Assembly: GCA_963716985.1 (NCBI GenBank)
Contig: OY970323.1
Coordinates: 864,001-928,000 of the forward strand
Source: an uncultured bacterium
GTDB lineage: Bacteria > Chlamydiota > Chlamydiia > Chlamydiales > SM23-39
DNA length: 64,000 nt
Direction of reading: 5' to 3'
The notes below the pieces were generated by a model. It saw only the letters and a list, made by a program, of their open reading frames with translations, did not search any database and was not told the DNA's origin. The translations under genes were made by a program, and so were the position numbers. This document shows, one piece after another, positions 19,395-30,700 of this stretch; within the stretch, counting starts at the first letter, position 1; every line of letters starts with the position of its first letter.

Positions 19395-22300
19395 TCATAT
19401 AGGTCTTGGTAAAAAATAGTTGTGCATGAAGAATTCGATCGTTTTTTTAATCCACTCAGTTGGAGTATCGGGTATAACCACCCCCGATTTTTTCATTTTT
19501 TGCAGGGTGAGGCGGGCGGAAACCGTGGGCTCCTGTTCCCCCCAGCGATTTGATAGAAAGCCGGCAAGAGCTGCTGCCGGATCGTTCGGATCTTTCTTCA
19601 GATGCTCAAAAATGATTTGTTTCCACTCATCCATCGTACAAGAGGATAGGTGATAGCCTTTTTCTCTTGCGCAGGCAATCAGGGTTTCAGATTCCAAGGG
19701 ATCAGGATTTAGAATGTGAAATGTTTGATTTTTTTCGTTCGGGTCGATGGAAAGACGGGTGATGGCGCGGCTTGCAATATCAACTGGAATGATCTGTTCT
19801 GCAAAGTCGCTTCCTGGAATCTTGCCCATTTTGATGCAGGCTCGAACAAGTCCCCAATAAAAGTCGTTTTGTTGGCAGGCGCCTGATTGAGTATCGCCGC
19901 CTACGCGTCCTACCCTATAAATATTCACCGAAATATTGCGCTCTTTTGCTGCCAGCATTAGCTTTTCTGCGACCCACTTGCTCTGCAAGTAGCCCATTTC
20001 AAGCGCTTCCCCATGGCGGGGATACTCAGATTCTGTGAGTGCGCTGGACGATCCTTGATCCTCTCGTGTTAGCACATGTAAAGTGGAAATGTAATGCACT
20101 GGTTTTGTGTGGCCTGTAACGGCAAGGCGTAAAATTTCAACCGTTCCTAATACGTTACTCGCTCGCAATGCATTATAGGAATCGGCAAAATTTACCTGCG
20201 CTGCGCAGTGATAAATCGATCCCATGTTTTGAGCATAGAATTGGTATTGCTCTTCGCTTAGACCAAAATGGGGCTGATCGAGATCCCCCGGCACAACGAT
20301 GATGCGATCACAATCGATTTCGTCTGTTAAGCGATAATACGCTAAGTTCTTTCGAAGCCGCATTAGGCCTTCCAATGCGTTTTGGGCGCGCACAAGACAA
20401 TGGACGGTGTTGGAAGTGTGGAATAGAAGATCTCTGAGCAAGTAGACTCCTAGAAACCCTGTGGCTCCCGTGAGAAAGATGTTGGTTGGATTTTGGAGGG
20501 ATGGCTCCTTGGCGGTAATGGAAGCGTGGAGGAAAGAATCTTGTAGCATTTTTGCCCAAGTGATGCTTCTTTGGTTTATATTTTGTTGAGATTCAATGCT
20601 GGAAGCGAATTCTTCAACGGTCGGAAATTGGAAGAGGAGGCGTAGAGGGATTTCTTTTCCTAGACGATCGCTTAGCTTGAGGACGGCTTGCGCAGCGGAT
20701 AGCGAATGTCCTCCGAGATCAAAAAAATGATCCGTTTTACCAATCGATGATAGGCCCAGCACTTCGCTCCACGTCTTAATGATTTCTTGCTCAAGGGGCT
20801 GGCAGGCTGTGGATGGGGGAGGAGAGGCAGATTTTACGGTTGGGAGCGGCAACAATTTTTTGGCAATTTTTCCGTTAGGAGAGAGAGGAAAATGATCTAG
20901 AAAGAGAACGTGTGAGGGCACCATGTATTCGGGAAGTTTTTTCAATAAATAACTTTTGAGCGCGCTTGCTTGTTCTCTCAAATCGATCGGGCGATTGGTA
21001 AAGTGTTGCAATCCTTCGGTTTGCATCGACAGGGTTGGAGAATGTGTAGAGAGGATGGCATTGTACCGAAAGAGAAACATTTCGGTTTTATGCGTTGAGT
21101 GTTGAAGAAAAACTTCAGCTTGGACCTGGGGAATGTGTTTAAAGAGGGCAGGATCTATAAATAGCTCTCGTTCTTGATTTTTTTTATGTCCCACTTGTTT
21201 TTGCAGCTCTGCTACGGTCATTGTCTCTTTTGCATTCTCGAGAATGACGGATTGATAAAAAAGATCCATGAGGGCTAAATTGCGCAAGTCGCCCAGAAAA
21301 ATCGAGCCGCTCGAAGTTAAGAGAGATGCAGCTTTGTTCAGAACGTCAAACAGATATTCGATGCTGGGAAAATATTGCACAATTGAGTTTAAGATCACGA
21401 GATCAAAGGTTTCGTTCTCGAAGGGAGAAAAATCGGGGGCTGCGCATTGAAATAATCGAACGCTTTTTTGGTTGATGGAAGTGGCAGGAATGGCGTTGGA
21501 GATGAAGGATAGCGCCTTGGATGAGATGTCTGTTCCTATATAGAGATCGGTGTGCATCGCCAAACGAAAAAGAAGCATCCCCGTTCCGCATCCGATTTCG
21601 AGGATTTTTTTGGGTTTTAGTTTGAGGATTTTCTCTATTTTCTCATCCACCCACTCCTGCATTGCTTCTTCAGAATAAGCGTTGCCCGTATAGCTGCTGT
21701 TCCATCCCATCGCAGGAGTGGGGTGATTTGCGCTATAGGTGGTGTCAAAGACCGTTTGCCAATGATGGATGCGCTCTTGTTCCTGCGAGCGCGTATTGGA
21801 AGAAACGACATAAGCTGTAAGTGTCTGATCGTGCGCTGCAACCGTTGCAGATTGAATGCCTGGATACTCCAGTAGAGCTTGCTCAATCTCTCCCAATTCA
21901 ATCCGTACGCCCCTCATTTTGACTTGGTCATCAACTCTTCCTAGAAATTCGATTTCTCCATTTTGCCAATACCTGGCAAGATCTCCCGTTTTATATAATG
22001 TCTGCCCTGGAAGGAATGGGTTAGGGATAAATTTTTTCCTCGTGAGTTCCTCTCGGTTCAGATAGCCGAGTCCTACCCCTACGCCTCCTATGTATAACTC
22101 TCCGGAGACGCCGATCGGAACTGGCTGCATTTGGGAGTCAAGGATATAAATCTGCGTATTGGCGATGGGTCTACCAATCGGTATGACCTGCTTTTGAGTC
22201 TTTTTCGAGCAATCCCAAAACGTCACATCGATCGAAACTTCGGTAGGGCCATATAAATTATGTAATTGAGCATGGCTATTTTTTTTAAAATGGTTTGCGA

Positions 22301-24557
22301 GTTCGTAGGAAAGCGCCTCACCGCTGCAAAAGACAAGGCGCAAAGAGGGGCAATGGCTAACCTGCGATAAAAAGAGCATCAGCATGGAGGGGACAAAATG
22401 GAGAGTTGTGACTTTGTATTGTTGGATACAGCAGGCAAGCAGGGCAGGATCGCGGTGGATGCCTGGGGCAGCGATAATGAGCTCTGCGCCCGTGATGAGT
22501 GGCCAGAAAAATTCCCACACGGAGACATCAAAGCTGCAAGAAGTTTTTTGCAATACTCTATCATCGGGGGTTAGTTGATATTCTTGTTGCATCCATAAGA
22601 GTCGATTGCAAATGCCTCGATGGGGAATCATGGCTCCATTCGGCTTTCCTGTTGAGCCTGAAGTATAAATCACATAGGCAAGGCTTATCGGCTGGGCTGT
22701 GCATAGCGGGTTCGAAATTATCCCATTTGCAGGGGACACGCTTGTATCAATCGTGTGTAGAGGGAGCTTGGAAATCCATGAAGGAAGTTCTCGGTTATAG
22801 AGAAGAAGGGGCGTTTTACTATCTTCAATCATGAACGAGACTCTTTCTTCCGGATACTCCGTGTCGAGCGGAAGATATGCGCCGCCGGCTTTTAGAATCG
22901 CTAAAAGACTAATTACTTGTTCTACGGATCTAGGCATGTATACGCCAACTACAACGTTGGGTTTTACCCCCTTGTCAATGAGTTCGTGGGCGAGAAGATT
23001 TGCGCGCCTATTTAACTGCTCATAGCTCAAAGAAAGTCTCTCGTCGGTTACGGCAATTTTGGAGGGCGTTTTTGCCACTTGCTCTTCCACATACTGCGAG
23101 AGCGTCTTAGAGAATGAAAAGTCAACTTCCGTTTGGTTCCAATCAAAGAGCATTTTTCGTAGCTGTCCCTTGCTAAGAAAAGAGACTTCACCAACGCTTA
23201 AGTTAGGATTTGCTGCGATTGTTTCTAATACGGCCTGGTAGTGGTGCAGCATCGCCTCGATTGTATGTTCCGAAAAAAGTTCGGCGTTGTACTCAATTCC
23301 TACTTGATTTTCATAGATGTTGAGCAAAAGATCGAACTTGCAAGTGCCGTTATGAATCTCCATCGGCTCAATTTTTAGCCCCGGCTCATCCACTTTGGGA
23401 ATCGGTTGATTTTGCAAGACAAACATGACTTGGAAAAAAGCAGAGGTATTTAATTCTCGCTTCGGCTGAAGGATCTCGATAAGTCGTTCAAAAGGAATAT
23501 CTTGATGCTGATAGGCAGCTAGTGATTTTTTCTTTATTTGCGCTAATAAGTCCAGAAATGGGAGATCGGAATGGAGCTCTGATCGGATGACTAAGGTATT
23601 GGCAAAGAAGCCGATGAGATCGGATAGCTCGACTCGATTTCGATTCGCTACCGGCACTCCTATAAAAATAGTGTCCGCGTCTGAATAGCGGTGCAAGAGC
23701 AGTTTCCACGCGGCGAGCAATACCATGAAGAGGGTTGCTTCTTCTTGCGTTGACACTTGAGTTAATTTTTCTATTAATTCGGCCGGATAAGAGACGAGCT
23801 TTCTTGCGCCTTTATTGGAGAGCATAGCAGGGCGCGGGTAGTCAATGGGAAGTGTCAAGGGAGGAAAATCGCCTGCAAGCTCCTCTTTCCAATAAGCGAT
23901 TTGTTTATCTAGAATGGCCCCTCTGAGCCACTCTTTTTGCCATACGGAAAAATCGCTATATTGGATCGACAGCGGAGGCAACGGATCGGGCAAATTTTGA
24001 GAATAGGCTTGCAGAAGAGTTGTGACTTCTTTGATGATCAGTCCCAAAGACCAACCGTCAGAGATGATGTGATGCATGGTCCAAAGCAAAATATGATCTT
24101 CTTTATTGAGTCGGATCAATCGGACTCTAAATAGGGGCCCGGTCTCCAGATCAAACGGGCGAATGGTTTCCTCTCGAGCAATCTCTTCAGCTCTTTGTTC
24201 GTCGGATACACTTTCTATGGGCAGATCCACTTCTCGAGAAGTTTGAATCATTTGCATCGGTTCGCCATCTTTGCGTGTAAACGTAGTGCGCAACGATTCG
24301 TGACGCTGCACGATGCGAGAGAGCGCTTTTTGTAGAAGCTGAGGATCGATCGCTCCTCGAATGCGGACGGCATCGTGCATGTTGTAAACAGAAGAGCCAG
24401 GGACAAGTTGCTCTAAAAACCAAAGCCGCTGCTGGGAAAAAGATAGAGGAGCAAACTGGGAAGCGGGTTTTTTAGGGATTTTATCTATACGCAATTTGCC
24501 TTCTGCAAGTTTTGCGAGAAGCTCTTTTTTCGAGTTTGACAATGCGTGAATATTCAT
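19395..24557 (-). CDS. NRPS terminal module C-A(Ser)-NMT-PCP-R
   Basis: HHIISDG; YTSGSTG; Ser-type code DVWHFSLIDK; GWNSSY..LEIGCGTG..NSIVQYFP; GGHSL; FLTGATGFLG and GYLQSKW (reductase). Confidence 0.93.
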   Translation of the reverse strand: MNIHALSNSKKELLAKLAEGKLRIDKIPKKPASQFAPLSFSQQRLWFLEQLVPGSSVYNMHDAVRIRGAIDPQLLQKALSRIVQRHESLRTTFTRKDGEPMQMIQTSREVDLPIESVSDEQRAEEIAREETIRPFDLETGPLFRVRLIRLNKEDHILLWTMHHIISDGWSLGLIIKEVTTLLQAYSQNLPDPLPPLSIQYSDFSVWQKEWLRGAILDKQIAYWKEELAGDFPPLTLPIDYPRPAMLSNKGARKLVSYPAELIEKLTQVSTQEEATLFMVLLAAWKLLLHRYSDADTIFIGVPVANRNRVELSDLIGFFANTLVIRSELHSDLPFLDLLAQIKKKSLAAYQHQDIPFERLIEILQPKRELNTSAFFQVMFVLQNQPIPKVDEPGLKIEPMEIHNGTCKFDLLLNIYENQVGIEYNAELFSEHTIEAMLHHYQAVLETIAANPNLSVGEVSFLSKGQLRKMLFDWNQTEVDFSFSKTLSQYVEEQVAKTPSKIAVTDERLSLSYEQLNRRANLLAHELIDKGVKPNVVVGVYMPRSVEQVISLLAILKAGGAYLPLDTEYPEERVSFMIEDSKTPLLLYNRELPSWISKLPLHTIDTSVSPANGIISNPLCTAQPISLAYVIYTSGSTGKPNGAMIPHRGICNRLLWMQQEYQLTPDDRVLQKTSCSFDVSVWEFFWPLITGAELIIAAPGIHRDPALLACCIQQYKVTTLHFVPSMLMLFLSQVSHCPSLRLVFCSGEALSYELANHFKKNSHAQLHNLYGPTEVSIDVTFWDCSKKTQKQVIPIGRPIANTQIYILDSQMQPVPIGVSGELYIGGVGVGLGYLNREELTRKKFIPNPFLPGQTLYKTGDLARYWQNGEIEFLGRVDDQVKMRGVRIELGEIEQALLEYPGIQSATVAAHDQTLTAYVVSSNTRSQEQERIHHWQTVFDTTYSANHPTPAMGWNSSYTGNAYSEEAMQEWVDEKIEKILKLKPKKILEIGCGTGMLLFRLAMHTDLYIGTDISSKALSFISNAIPATSINQKSVRLFQCAAPDFSPFENETFDLVILNSIVQYFPSIEYLFDVLNKAASLLTSSGSIFLGDLRNLALMDLFYQSVILENAKETMTVAELQKQVGHKKNQERELFIDPALFKHIPQVQAEVFLQHSTHKTEMFLFRYNAILSTHSPTLSMQTEGLQHFTNRPIDLREQASALKSYLLKKLPEYMVPSHVLFLDHFPLSPNGKIAKKLLPLPTVKSASPPPSTACQPLEQEIIKTWSEVLGLSSIGKTDHFFDLGGHSLSAAQAVLKLSDRLGKEIPLRLLFQFPTVEEFASSIESQQNINQRSITWAKMLQDSFLHASITAKEPSLQNPTNIFLTGATGFLGVYLLRDLLFHTSNTVHCLVRAQNALEGLMRLRKNLAYYRLTDEIDCDRIIVVPGDLDQPHFGLSEEQYQFYAQNMGSIYHCAAQVNFADSYNALRASNVLGTVEILRLAVTGHTKPVHYISTLHVLTREDQGSSSALTESEYPRHGEALEMGYLQSKWVAEKLMLAAKERNISVNIYRVGRVGGDTQSGACQQNDFYWGLVRACIKMGKIPGSDFAEQIIPVDIASRAITRLSIDPNEKNQTFHILNPDPLESETLIACAREKGYHLSSCTMDEWKQIIFEHLKKDPNDPAAALAGFLSNRWGEQEPTVSARLTLQKMKKSGVVIPDTPTEWIKKTIEFFMHNYFLPRPI

Positions 24558-25984
24558 GCTATCTCAGCGGTTGAAAGAGAGAGATGTCTTCTCAAAAGTT
24601 TTCCTGTGGCATTTCGAGGCAATGCGCTCAATTGGGTGAAAGTTTCCGGAATTTTAAATGGAGCAAGCCGTTTTTTGCAAAATTGGATGAGCTCTTTTTG
24701 AGAAATTTGATGGCTTTCTTTTAGGACGATGGCGGCGTGAACGCGCTCTCCCACAATAGAATCAGGAGACCCGAAAACAGCTGCCTCTTTGATGGCGGGA
24801 TGTTTCTCTAAAATTTGCTCTACTTCTGCCGGATATACTTTTAATCCCGATACGTTGATTAAATCTTTTTTGCGGTCAATGAGGTAGAGGTTGCCGGCTG
24901 CGTCTTTACGTCCAATATCTCCGGTATAAAGCCAGCCGTTTCTGATTGAAAGGGCTGTCTCTTCTGGCCGGTTCCAATATTGTTTCATCACGTTTGGTCC
25001 TTGAATTGCGATTTCTCCAGCCTCTCCAGGAGCCGTTTCTTCGCCTTGGTCGTTGACAAGTTTGATTTTTACTTGCTCGATGGGAAGTCCAATGGAGACC
25101 GGATTGTCGATCGGCGAGTCGTTGTAGCAAGCAAAAGGAGCGCTTTCGGTAAGGCCGTAGCCTTGGTGAATCGGTACCTCGAAGCGCTGGAGCCAAGCCT
25201 CTGCAATGTCTTGAGTGAGCGGAGCTGCACCCGAATGGCAATACCGCACCCAGTGAAACTGTTTTTTCGCAGCAGGGGTTTGGAGAATGAGGCGATACAT
25301 TGTGGGAACCCCAAAAATCATGCTGACTCGTTCTTTTTCGATGATCTCGCAAATGGTGTGCGGGGTAAAGGTGCGAAGAAGAACGATGCAAGCTCCGGCT
25401 GAGAGAGCATGGTGAAGGATGAGATTTTGGCCGAAACAATGAGAGATAGGGATTGCAAGCAATAAGCGGTCAGTTGAGGCTGTGCAGCAATATTTGCCAA
25501 TCGATTCTGATACAAACCGAACGTTTCGATAAGTGAGGGCTACTCCCTTTGGCGTGCCCGTTGTGCCCGAGGTGTAGAGGATGGCAAGAATATCATCCTC
25601 ATTTAGAGGATGAGCAGATGAGGTCTCATTTGCAAGAGGTGTTTCTTTCGTAAAGAACGCTCGGATGTGGTTTGGAAGACGCCCCTTTTGTTCCTCATTG
25701 GTGATCAATAGAGAAGCAGAGCAATCTGTCAAGAGAGTTTGGATCTCTTCTTGTGTCAAAGAGAAATGCAAAGGAACGACAATGGCTCCAAGACGGATAA
25801 TGGCAAAATACCAGAAAATAAAATCGGGACAGTTTGGAAACAATAGAGCCACTCGGGTCTCCGATTGTATCCCCATTTGCCGAAGCGCGTTCGTGCGCGC
25901 CTCTACAATGAATGCGAGATCTTTGTAGGTGTAAGAGAGATTTTCAAAACGAATGGCTTCGTTATTCAGCAAGGGAATATTCAA
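24554..25984 (-). CDS. Stand-alone acyl/aryl-CoA (AMP-forming) ligase
   Basis: YTSGTTGTPKG, GYGLTE, GWLYTGD, PRNATGK. Confidence 0.9.
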   Translation of the reverse strand: MNIPLLNNEAIRFENLSYTYKDLAFIVEARTNALRQMGIQSETRVALLFPNCPDFIFWYFAIIRLGAIVVPLHFSLTQEEIQTLLTDCSASLLITNEEQKGRLPNHIRAFFTKETPLANETSSAHPLNEDDILAILYTSGTTGTPKGVALTYRNVRFVSESIGKYCCTASTDRLLLAIPISHCFGQNLILHHALSAGACIVLLRTFTPHTICEIIEKERVSMIFGVPTMYRLILQTPAAKKQFHWVRYCHSGAAPLTQDIAEAWLQRFEVPIHQGYGLTESAPFACYNDSPIDNPVSIGLPIEQVKIKLVNDQGEETAPGEAGEIAIQGPNVMKQYWNRPEETALSIRNGWLYTGDIGRKDAAGNLYLIDRKKDLINVSGLKVYPAEVEQILEKHPAIKEAAVFGSPDSIVGERVHAAIVLKESHQISQKELIQFCKKRLAPFKIPETFTQLSALPRNATGKLLRRHLSLSTAEIA

Positions 25985-27702
25985 TGTAGATTCTTTAATA
26001 ACTCCTCTACTTTATCTTCTGACATAAAATGAATCGCCTCGATGAGGCGCTGCTCTACAAGGGCGGAGAGTTTTTGCACGGTTGCTTGTTCCATGACTTC
26101 ATGAATCTCTAATTCAATGGGATAACAATCTTTCAGGGAGGCTACGATTTGTGTGGCTAAAAGGGAATGTCCCCCCAATTCGAAAAAGTCGTCTTCGATT
26201 CCGATTTGCTCTAGCCCTAAATGTTTTTGCCAGATCTCCGCTAGTACTCTTTCAATTTTTGATTGTGCAGGGGCAAAGGCGCAGCTAAGTTGCGGCCGCT
26301 CGTAAGAGGTCGAGACAGGCGCTTGAGGGGTGGTCATTGAGAGATCGAGAAGGCGAGCGGGGATCCAATATTTGGTTTTCGCAAAAAGGTGCAGGGGTCT
26401 GGATGGGCGGATTTTTGGGTTCTCTCTTTCGGGCGCTTGCTCCAAAATAGCATGCGCATTCGTTCCTCCAAATCCGAAGGAGCTTACGCCTAATCGTCGG
26501 GGAAGATGGGTGCTTTCCCAGGCTTGAGGTTCTTTGTTTACCCGAAATGGATGAGAGCCTACCTCCGGATGAAACGCTTCAAAATGGAGGGTGGGAGGGA
26601 TCATTTTGTGCTGTAAGATGAGAGCTCCTTTGATGAGCCCTGCAATCCCTGAGGCTTGATCTAAATGCCCCATGTTTGATTTGAGCGAGCCGATGAACCG
26701 GGAGCTTGTTTTACATCCATGTGCTTCGAAGACTTTTTTGAGTGCAGCAAGTTCAATGAGATCGCCAAGAAACGTTCCCGTTCCGTGTCCCTCGATATAT
26801 CCAATCGTATCGCCTTGGATTCCAGCTGCATTGAGTGCTTTTTCTATCACTCTCATTTGGCTTTCCATGCTTGGCGCTGCAAAACTTGGTTTGGAAGCAC
26901 CGTCATTATTGATTGCAGTTCCAAGTATTACTGCGTGGATCGGGTCTTTATCTTTGAGAGCATCTTCCAATCGTTTGAGCAAAACGACGCCGGCTCCATC
27001 TCCACCTAGCGTCCCGCGCGCTTTGAGATCGAATGGGCGGCACTTTCCGTCGGGTGAGAAGACCCCCCCTTCTTGATAAAAATAGCCGGTGTTCGGGAAG
27101 ACAATAGAGACTCCTCCAGCGAGCGCCATATCGCATTCCTTTGAGAGGAGCGCTTGGCAGGCTTGATGCACGCAGACGAGAGAGGTGGAGCAGGCCGTTT
27201 GAATCGTCATGCTCGGGCCGCAAAAGTTCAATTTATAAGAGACTCTGGTGGCTAGAAAATCTTTTTCGGAATGCATGGCAAGACCGTGCACTTCTGTTAA
27301 GATCTTATCATTGGCAAGAACGTGAAACAGTAAATAGGTGTTTTGATTGGAGCCTGCAAACACTCCGATGGAACGGGTGCATTCTCTAGGATCATAACCT
27401 CCGTTTTCGATCGCATGCCATGCGCATTCTAGGAAAATACGCTGTTGGGGATCGATGAGTTCAGCTTCTTTAGGGCTGTAAGAGAAAAAAGAGGCGTCAA
27501 AATGGTCAAATGAAGAGAGAAGGCCTCTTCTTGGAACAAAATAAGGATTGTGGATGAGCGATTCTGGCAAGCCTTGTTGTCGTAATTCTTCGGGGCGAAA
27601 CGTCGTGATGGTTTCTTTGCCCGATTTGAGCGCATCCCAGAATTGATCGATATTGGCAGCTCCTGGAAAACGACCTGCCATTCCAATAATTGCGATTTTC
27701 AT
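25981..27702 (-). CDS. AT-less PKS module KS-carrier protein
   Basis: TACSTS, HGTGT and NMGH triad; carrier motif GGHSL; no GHSxG AT region. Confidence 0.9.
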   Translation of the reverse strand: MKIAIIGMAGRFPGAANIDQFWDALKSGKETITTFRPEELRQQGLPESLIHNPYFVPRRGLLSSFDHFDASFFSYSPKEAELIDPQQRIFLECAWHAIENGGYDPRECTRSIGVFAGSNQNTYLLFHVLANDKILTEVHGLAMHSEKDFLATRVSYKLNFCGPSMTIQTACSTSLVCVHQACQALLSKECDMALAGGVSIVFPNTGYFYQEGGVFSPDGKCRPFDLKARGTLGGDGAGVVLLKRLEDALKDKDPIHAVILGTAINNDGASKPSFAAPSMESQMRVIEKALNAAGIQGDTIGYIEGHGTGTFLGDLIELAALKKVFEAHGCKTSSRFIGSLKSNMGHLDQASGIAGLIKGALILQHKMIPPTLHFEAFHPEVGSHPFRVNKEPQAWESTHLPRRLGVSSFGFGGTNAHAILEQAPERENPKIRPSRPLHLFAKTKYWIPARLLDLSMTTPQAPVSTSYERPQLSCAFAPAQSKIERVLAEIWQKHLGLEQIGIEDDFFELGGHSLLATQIVASLKDCYPIELEIHEVMEQATVQKLSALVEQRLIEAIHFMSEDKVEELLKNLH

Positions 27703-30700
27703 CGGTTGATTTCAGCCTCTTGTTGAACGGGTAGCGCGAGGTGTAGCTCGGAAAGAATGGCTTCCACAATAGCTTTAATCGTTTGATATTTAAATAGATC
27801 AACAAGAGGGAAGTCGATATCGAATCGCTGTTGCATGAGCCCCTTCATGCGCATGAGGGTAAGAGAGTTGCCGCCGAGATCCTGAAATGCATCTTGAAGA
27901 CCTACATTCGGCGTTCCCAGAAGTTCAGCCCAAATCTCTTGCAAGCCCCTTTCCAATTCTTGCCGCGATAAGGGCAAATGAGTTCCTACATTCGAGTCCC
28001 AATTGTTCAAAATGACAGATATTAAAGAGCTTATAGTGTCAAGTATTTGTTGAGCGCCTTTGAGTGAGAACTTCGATTCATCAAAGAGCAGTCGCACGAG
28101 GAGTTGCTGGCTCGGAAATACCATCAGCGTAAGAGGGTATTCCACTTTTTCTTTCGTCTCAATGCTCACGAGTTTTATAGCCTTGTCGTCTCCCTTCTTG
28201 TCCTCTATAGGATAGTTTTCGATGACGACAACGCTCTGAAAGAGTGGCTGTTTTCCTTGAATTGAGGCGAGAGGGACATGATGATAAGGCTGCATTCGAA
28301 TTTGTAGGTCTTGGATGTGTTTAAACCAAGAGGATAAAGGGTGTAGGCGATCTATTTTGATCCTTTGCGGAACTGTATTAATACATAGGCCTACAATGGA
28401 TTCTATTTCGGGAAGATCGAGGTTTCTTCCTGATACGGTGATCCCGAAAACGATATCTTTTTCACCTGAAAAATGACTGAGTACGAGCGCCCAAATTCCT
28501 TGCATGAAGGTGGCAATTGTAAGGCGTTCCTGAGATAACCTGCTCATGAGCGCCTGATGCATCTCCGGAGTCAGGCGAAGATCGTGTGAAAAACAGCCAT
28601 TTGCTTCCGAAAGAGTTAGATCAGGCAGAGGGGTTGGCTTTCGATGGCCTGCGAGAAATGTTTGCCAAGCTTTCACGGGGGGAAGAGAAGTCAAGGCTTT
28701 GACAAATTGTTTGAACGAGATGGCCGTAGGTAGCAATATTTGATTTCCTAGGCTCAATTGTTCATAAATCATAAACCAGTCGCGAAGAACGATCGACAGG
28801 GACCATCCATCCATAAGGATATGGTGATACGTCCAGAGAATGCGCGTTGTATTCCCTAGTTTTGCTATGTAGAATCTCATCAGCGGAGGAAATGATAAAT
28901 CAAACGGTTTAAGTCGATCTTTTTGAACCGCGGCGTCGAAATCTTCTGTCTCGATTTGGGCCCAAGGCACATCCGGCGAGGGTTCTATCACTTGTACGGG
29001 ATGTTTCAGACCCTGAGTGTGAAAGCTTGTGCGCAAGATTGGATATCTCTCTAAGATCAGGCGAAAGCTTTGCTGTAGCCGATCGAGATTTAAGTTGCTT
29101 TCTATCTGTAAAACACACTGTACCAGATATTTATCAGATGTAGGGTTAAGGAGAGAGTGGAGAAGTAGCCCTTCCTGCAACGGCGTAAGAATGTAGACAT
29201 CATCGATTCGTTTGCAGTTTTTTTGCAACTGTTCTAGATCGGTTTTTTGTAGAGCAGCAAGTGGAAAATCAGCAGGGGAAAGGCTTCTTTCGTGTAAATT
29301 TCGATGCAGATAGATCTGAAAGCGCCCTGAGAGATGAGCAATCGTCTCGTGATTATGAAGATTGGGAGAAAAGGTCCAATATACGTGGAGTTTGCGGTTC
29401 GTAACGAGGGCATTGATTTCGATCCAGTGTGTTCTTTCGGCGTTGGGATCTCGATTGCAGATGGGAGGATTGGCATCCATGCCAAACTGCGTTGCGGAGC
29501 GAACATCATCGTCCATGACCCCTAAGAAGTTGAAGAGGATTTGAGTCGCATTTTTGAATTTTTCTTGGCGCAAAAGAGAAAATGAGAGGGCGTGGTGAGA
29601 AAACTGTCTAAGTTGCTCTTGAAGAAAGTCCAAAGAAACGCCAGGCTCTGCAAAGATCGGATATATTTGCGTAAACCAGCCGATGGTATGGTAAACGTCC
29701 AACGAAGAAGGTCGGCCTTGTTGTTCCAATGCGATGCAAACCGGTTGCTGATCATTCCATTCTTGCAGCGTTTGAATTAAAACCATCGTAAGAAAATCAT
29801 CTAGGCGTTGATGATTGGTAGAGCCGATATCGCAGATGGATTCGACTGTGACGGAATCTTTTTCTAGATTTGAGCCGTCTGAGTGATCGCAGGGAATGGG
29901 TTTTGTCGTGTGCCATGGGATAGAGTCCCAGAAGATCAATTCGTTCTGTATTGTTGGACTTTTTTTGAGCTCTTGTAAATGAAGGGACCATTCTGTGAAA
30001 GAATGGGACGAGGGCGCAGAAGAGAGGGCTTCTTTGGTTTCACATAGAATTTCAATTTCATTGAGAAGAATATGCCACGACATCTGATCCATGACGAGGT
30101 GATGTGCAATGATCAATAAATGATGTCGGTTCTCTTCCAGCCCTTCAATGAAGGTAAACCGAAATAAGGGGCCATTCTCCAAATCAAGTCGTCTGTGCTC
30201 TTCATTGATGGCTTGTGAAAGTGCTTGTTTTTTGACTTCTCGATGCGTCGAAAAAAGGGAAAGCCGAGAAATTTCGAAGGGTTTTTCTTGAGCTGTAAAT
30301 TGTTCCCACCGATCTCCCTTCTTTCTAAATCTTAGCCAGAAACAATCATGTCTTTCTGCGAGTTCATAGAGAGAACTCTCGGCAAGAGGGGTCGGTAGAG
30401 TAAATAATACCCAGTGGTTCCAATGTGCGGGATTTGGGATGGACTGTTGGAAGAACCATTGTTGAATCGGAGTTAGTGGAATTGTGTCTTGAGTAAAAGC
30501 GCGAGGCGATCGCACAGCAGGGGTGGAATTTTTAGCGGCAATTCTTTCTAAAGTCTGTTCTGTAAATACATCTTGAACGGTAAAGGAGAGCCCTTTTCGC
30601 TTTGCAAGAGAGACCATTTGTAGAGCGCGAATGGAATCTCCCCCCAGCTCAAAGAAATTGTCGGTGCGGCGTACCGCTTCTACATGAAGAAGCTGCGTCC

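Larger units (their letters stand above)
16677..19398 (-). pseudogene. Class I SAM methyltransferase (UbiE-like) interrupted by IS1634
   Basis: Removing the IS joins GYLLA|GIHMQR in frame (246 aa). LLEVSPGSG, ADLS, ANAEYLPFADESFD. Coupled to the NRPS stop. Confidence 0.85.
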
